DNA from: a bacterium
GTDB lineage: Bacteria > UBA8248
Direction: 5' to 3'
Length of the DNA: 64,000 bases
Assembly (NCBI GenBank): GCA_965203325.1
Contig: OZ241875.1
Span: forward strand, 3,456,001-3,520,000
The translations under genes and the position numbers were made by a program. The stretch's first letter is position 1; the number at the start of each line of letters is the position of its first letter. The notes under the pieces were generated by a model. It was not told the DNA's origin and did not search any database. It saw only the letters and a list, made by a program, of their open reading frames with translations. Of the stretch, positions 62,876 through 64,000 are shown in pieces.

Positions 62876-62904
62876 TTGACAATAAAAGACTAAGATATTA
62901 TATT
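62876..62904 (+). promoter_or_regulatory. Putative clpB promoter
   Basis: TTGACA-17 bp-TATATT in AT-rich intergenic DNA. Confidence 0.6.
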
Positions 62905-63048
62905 TTTCTTGCGTCAAGAGCCTCGGCCGCCGATATAACGGAATTGACGGGGTTTCAGGCGCCGGGAAATTTATCGAAATACGGTGGAATTTTATCGATA
63001 TTTATCGAAATTTTCATCAATTCCACCGGGAAATTCGGAGCAACTTTC

Positions 63049-64000
63049 ATGAATTTTGAGCAATTCACCCACAAGACGCAAGAGGCCCTCCAGCATGCCC
63101 AGGAGTCGGCCCAGACGAGAGGCCACCAGGGCGTCATGCCCGCGCACGTCATCCTCGCGCTTCTGAGTCAGCCCGAAGGCGTGCTGGCGCCCCTGATCGA
63201 AAAGGCGGGGCTGCGAGTCCACGTCTTAAGCCGCGAACTCGAAGCCTCGCTCGAGAAGCTCCCGAAAGTCGCCGCAAACGGCGGGCCCATTTATGTCACG
63301 CAGGAGTTGGCGACGCTCTTCCAGGCGGCCCAGCGCGAGGCGAAGGCCATGACGGATGAATACGTGAGCGGCGAGCACCTCCTTCTCGCCGCGCTTGAGA
63401 ACGGCGGCGCGGATGTCGTGAACATCCTGCGCGCCGCGGGTCTCGACCGGGAGACCGCCCTCACGGCGCTCAAGGAGGTCCGCGGAAGCCAGCGCATCAC
63501 CGATCAGAACGCGGAGAGCCGCTACCAGGCGCTCGAGCGTTTCGCCGTCGACCTTACCGCGCAGGCCCGCTCCGGCAAGCTCGACCCCGTCGTGGGCCGT
63601 GAGGAGGAGATCAGACGCGTCATGCAGGTGCTCTCCCGGCGCACGAAGAACAACCCGGTGCTCATCGGAGAGCCCGGCGTGGGCAAGACCGCCATCGTCG
63701 AAGGGCTCGCCCAGCGCATCGTGGACGGCGACGTGCCCGAGGGCCTGAAACGCAAGCGCCTGCTCAGTCTCGACATGGGCTCGCTCGTCGCGGGGTCCAA
63801 GTTCCGGGGCGAGTTCGAGGACAGGCTCAAGGCCGTGCTGAAAGAAGTGAGCGAATCCGCGGGCGAGATCGTCTTGTTCATCGACGAGCTCCACACCGTC
63901 GTGGGCGCGGGCGCCGCGGAGGGGGCGGTGGACGCCTCCAATCTCCTGAAGCCCGCCCTCGCCCGTGGAGAGCTTCACTGCGTGGGCGCCACCACGCTCG
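63049..64000 (+). CDS. clpB: ATP-dependent chaperone ClpB, 5' part (runs off the window; absent from the ORF track)
   Basis: Reads [14 protein letters not shown]..., [46 protein letters not shown]. Confidence 0.95.
   Translation, partial: MNFEQFTHKTQEALQHAQESAQTRGHQGVMPAHVILALLSQPEGVLAPLIEKAGLRVHVLSRELEASLEKLPKVAANGGPIYVTQELATLFQAAQREAKAMTDEYVSGEHLLLAALENGGADVVNILRAAGLDRETALTALKEVRGSQRITDQNAESRYQALERFAVDLTAQARSGKLDPVVGREEEIRRVMQVLSRRTKNNPVLIGEPGVGKTAIVEGLAQRIVDGDVPEGLKRKRLLSLDMGSLVAGSKFRGEFEDRLKAVLKEVSESAGEIVLFIDELHTVVGAGAAEGAVDASNLLKPALARGELHCVGATTL

Overview
GC-rich bacterial chromosomal window made mostly of core genes: mutL, guaB-guaA, dnaE-lipB-exbB-exbD, rplM-rpsI-argC-argJ, rpsB-tsf-pyrH-frr-uppS-cdsA-dxr-pgpA-pncC-thpR-recA-def-fmt-rsmB-PASTA-rpe, ffh-rpsP-rimM-trmD-rplS, rnhB-yraN, a minus-strand tolC-ruvX-mltG-response regulator-valS-birA-coaX run, ribF, tRNA-Leu(CAG) and the 5' part of clpB. 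Gene order suggests a diderm lineage related to the Deltaproteobacteria/Nitrospinota group (inference only). Main signals that the ORF track misses or does not explain: (1) two tail-to-tail UGA-recoded selenoprotein genes, an ArsC/thioredoxin-fold UxxC protein (60373-60723) and a CUAEP-tail radical SAM enzyme (60740-62194), each with a SECIS-like hairpin, lying between a MarR-LLM-cyclase unit and an A-type Fe-S carrier; (2) a pseudo-receiver protein with a RomR/PopZ-like C-terminal helix directly upstream of valS; (3) a 926-aa membrane-anchored OmpA/MotB-domain protein whose coiled coil has grown by recent 210-bp tandem duplications; (4) a MITE-like family with shared termini and target duplications that carries different palindromic cargoes; (5) a frameshifted exbD and an orphan vapB followed by a 17-codon vapC stub. 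No CRISPR array, rRNA, integrase or transposase was seen. All family assignments come from motif recognition by eye, not from database searches.
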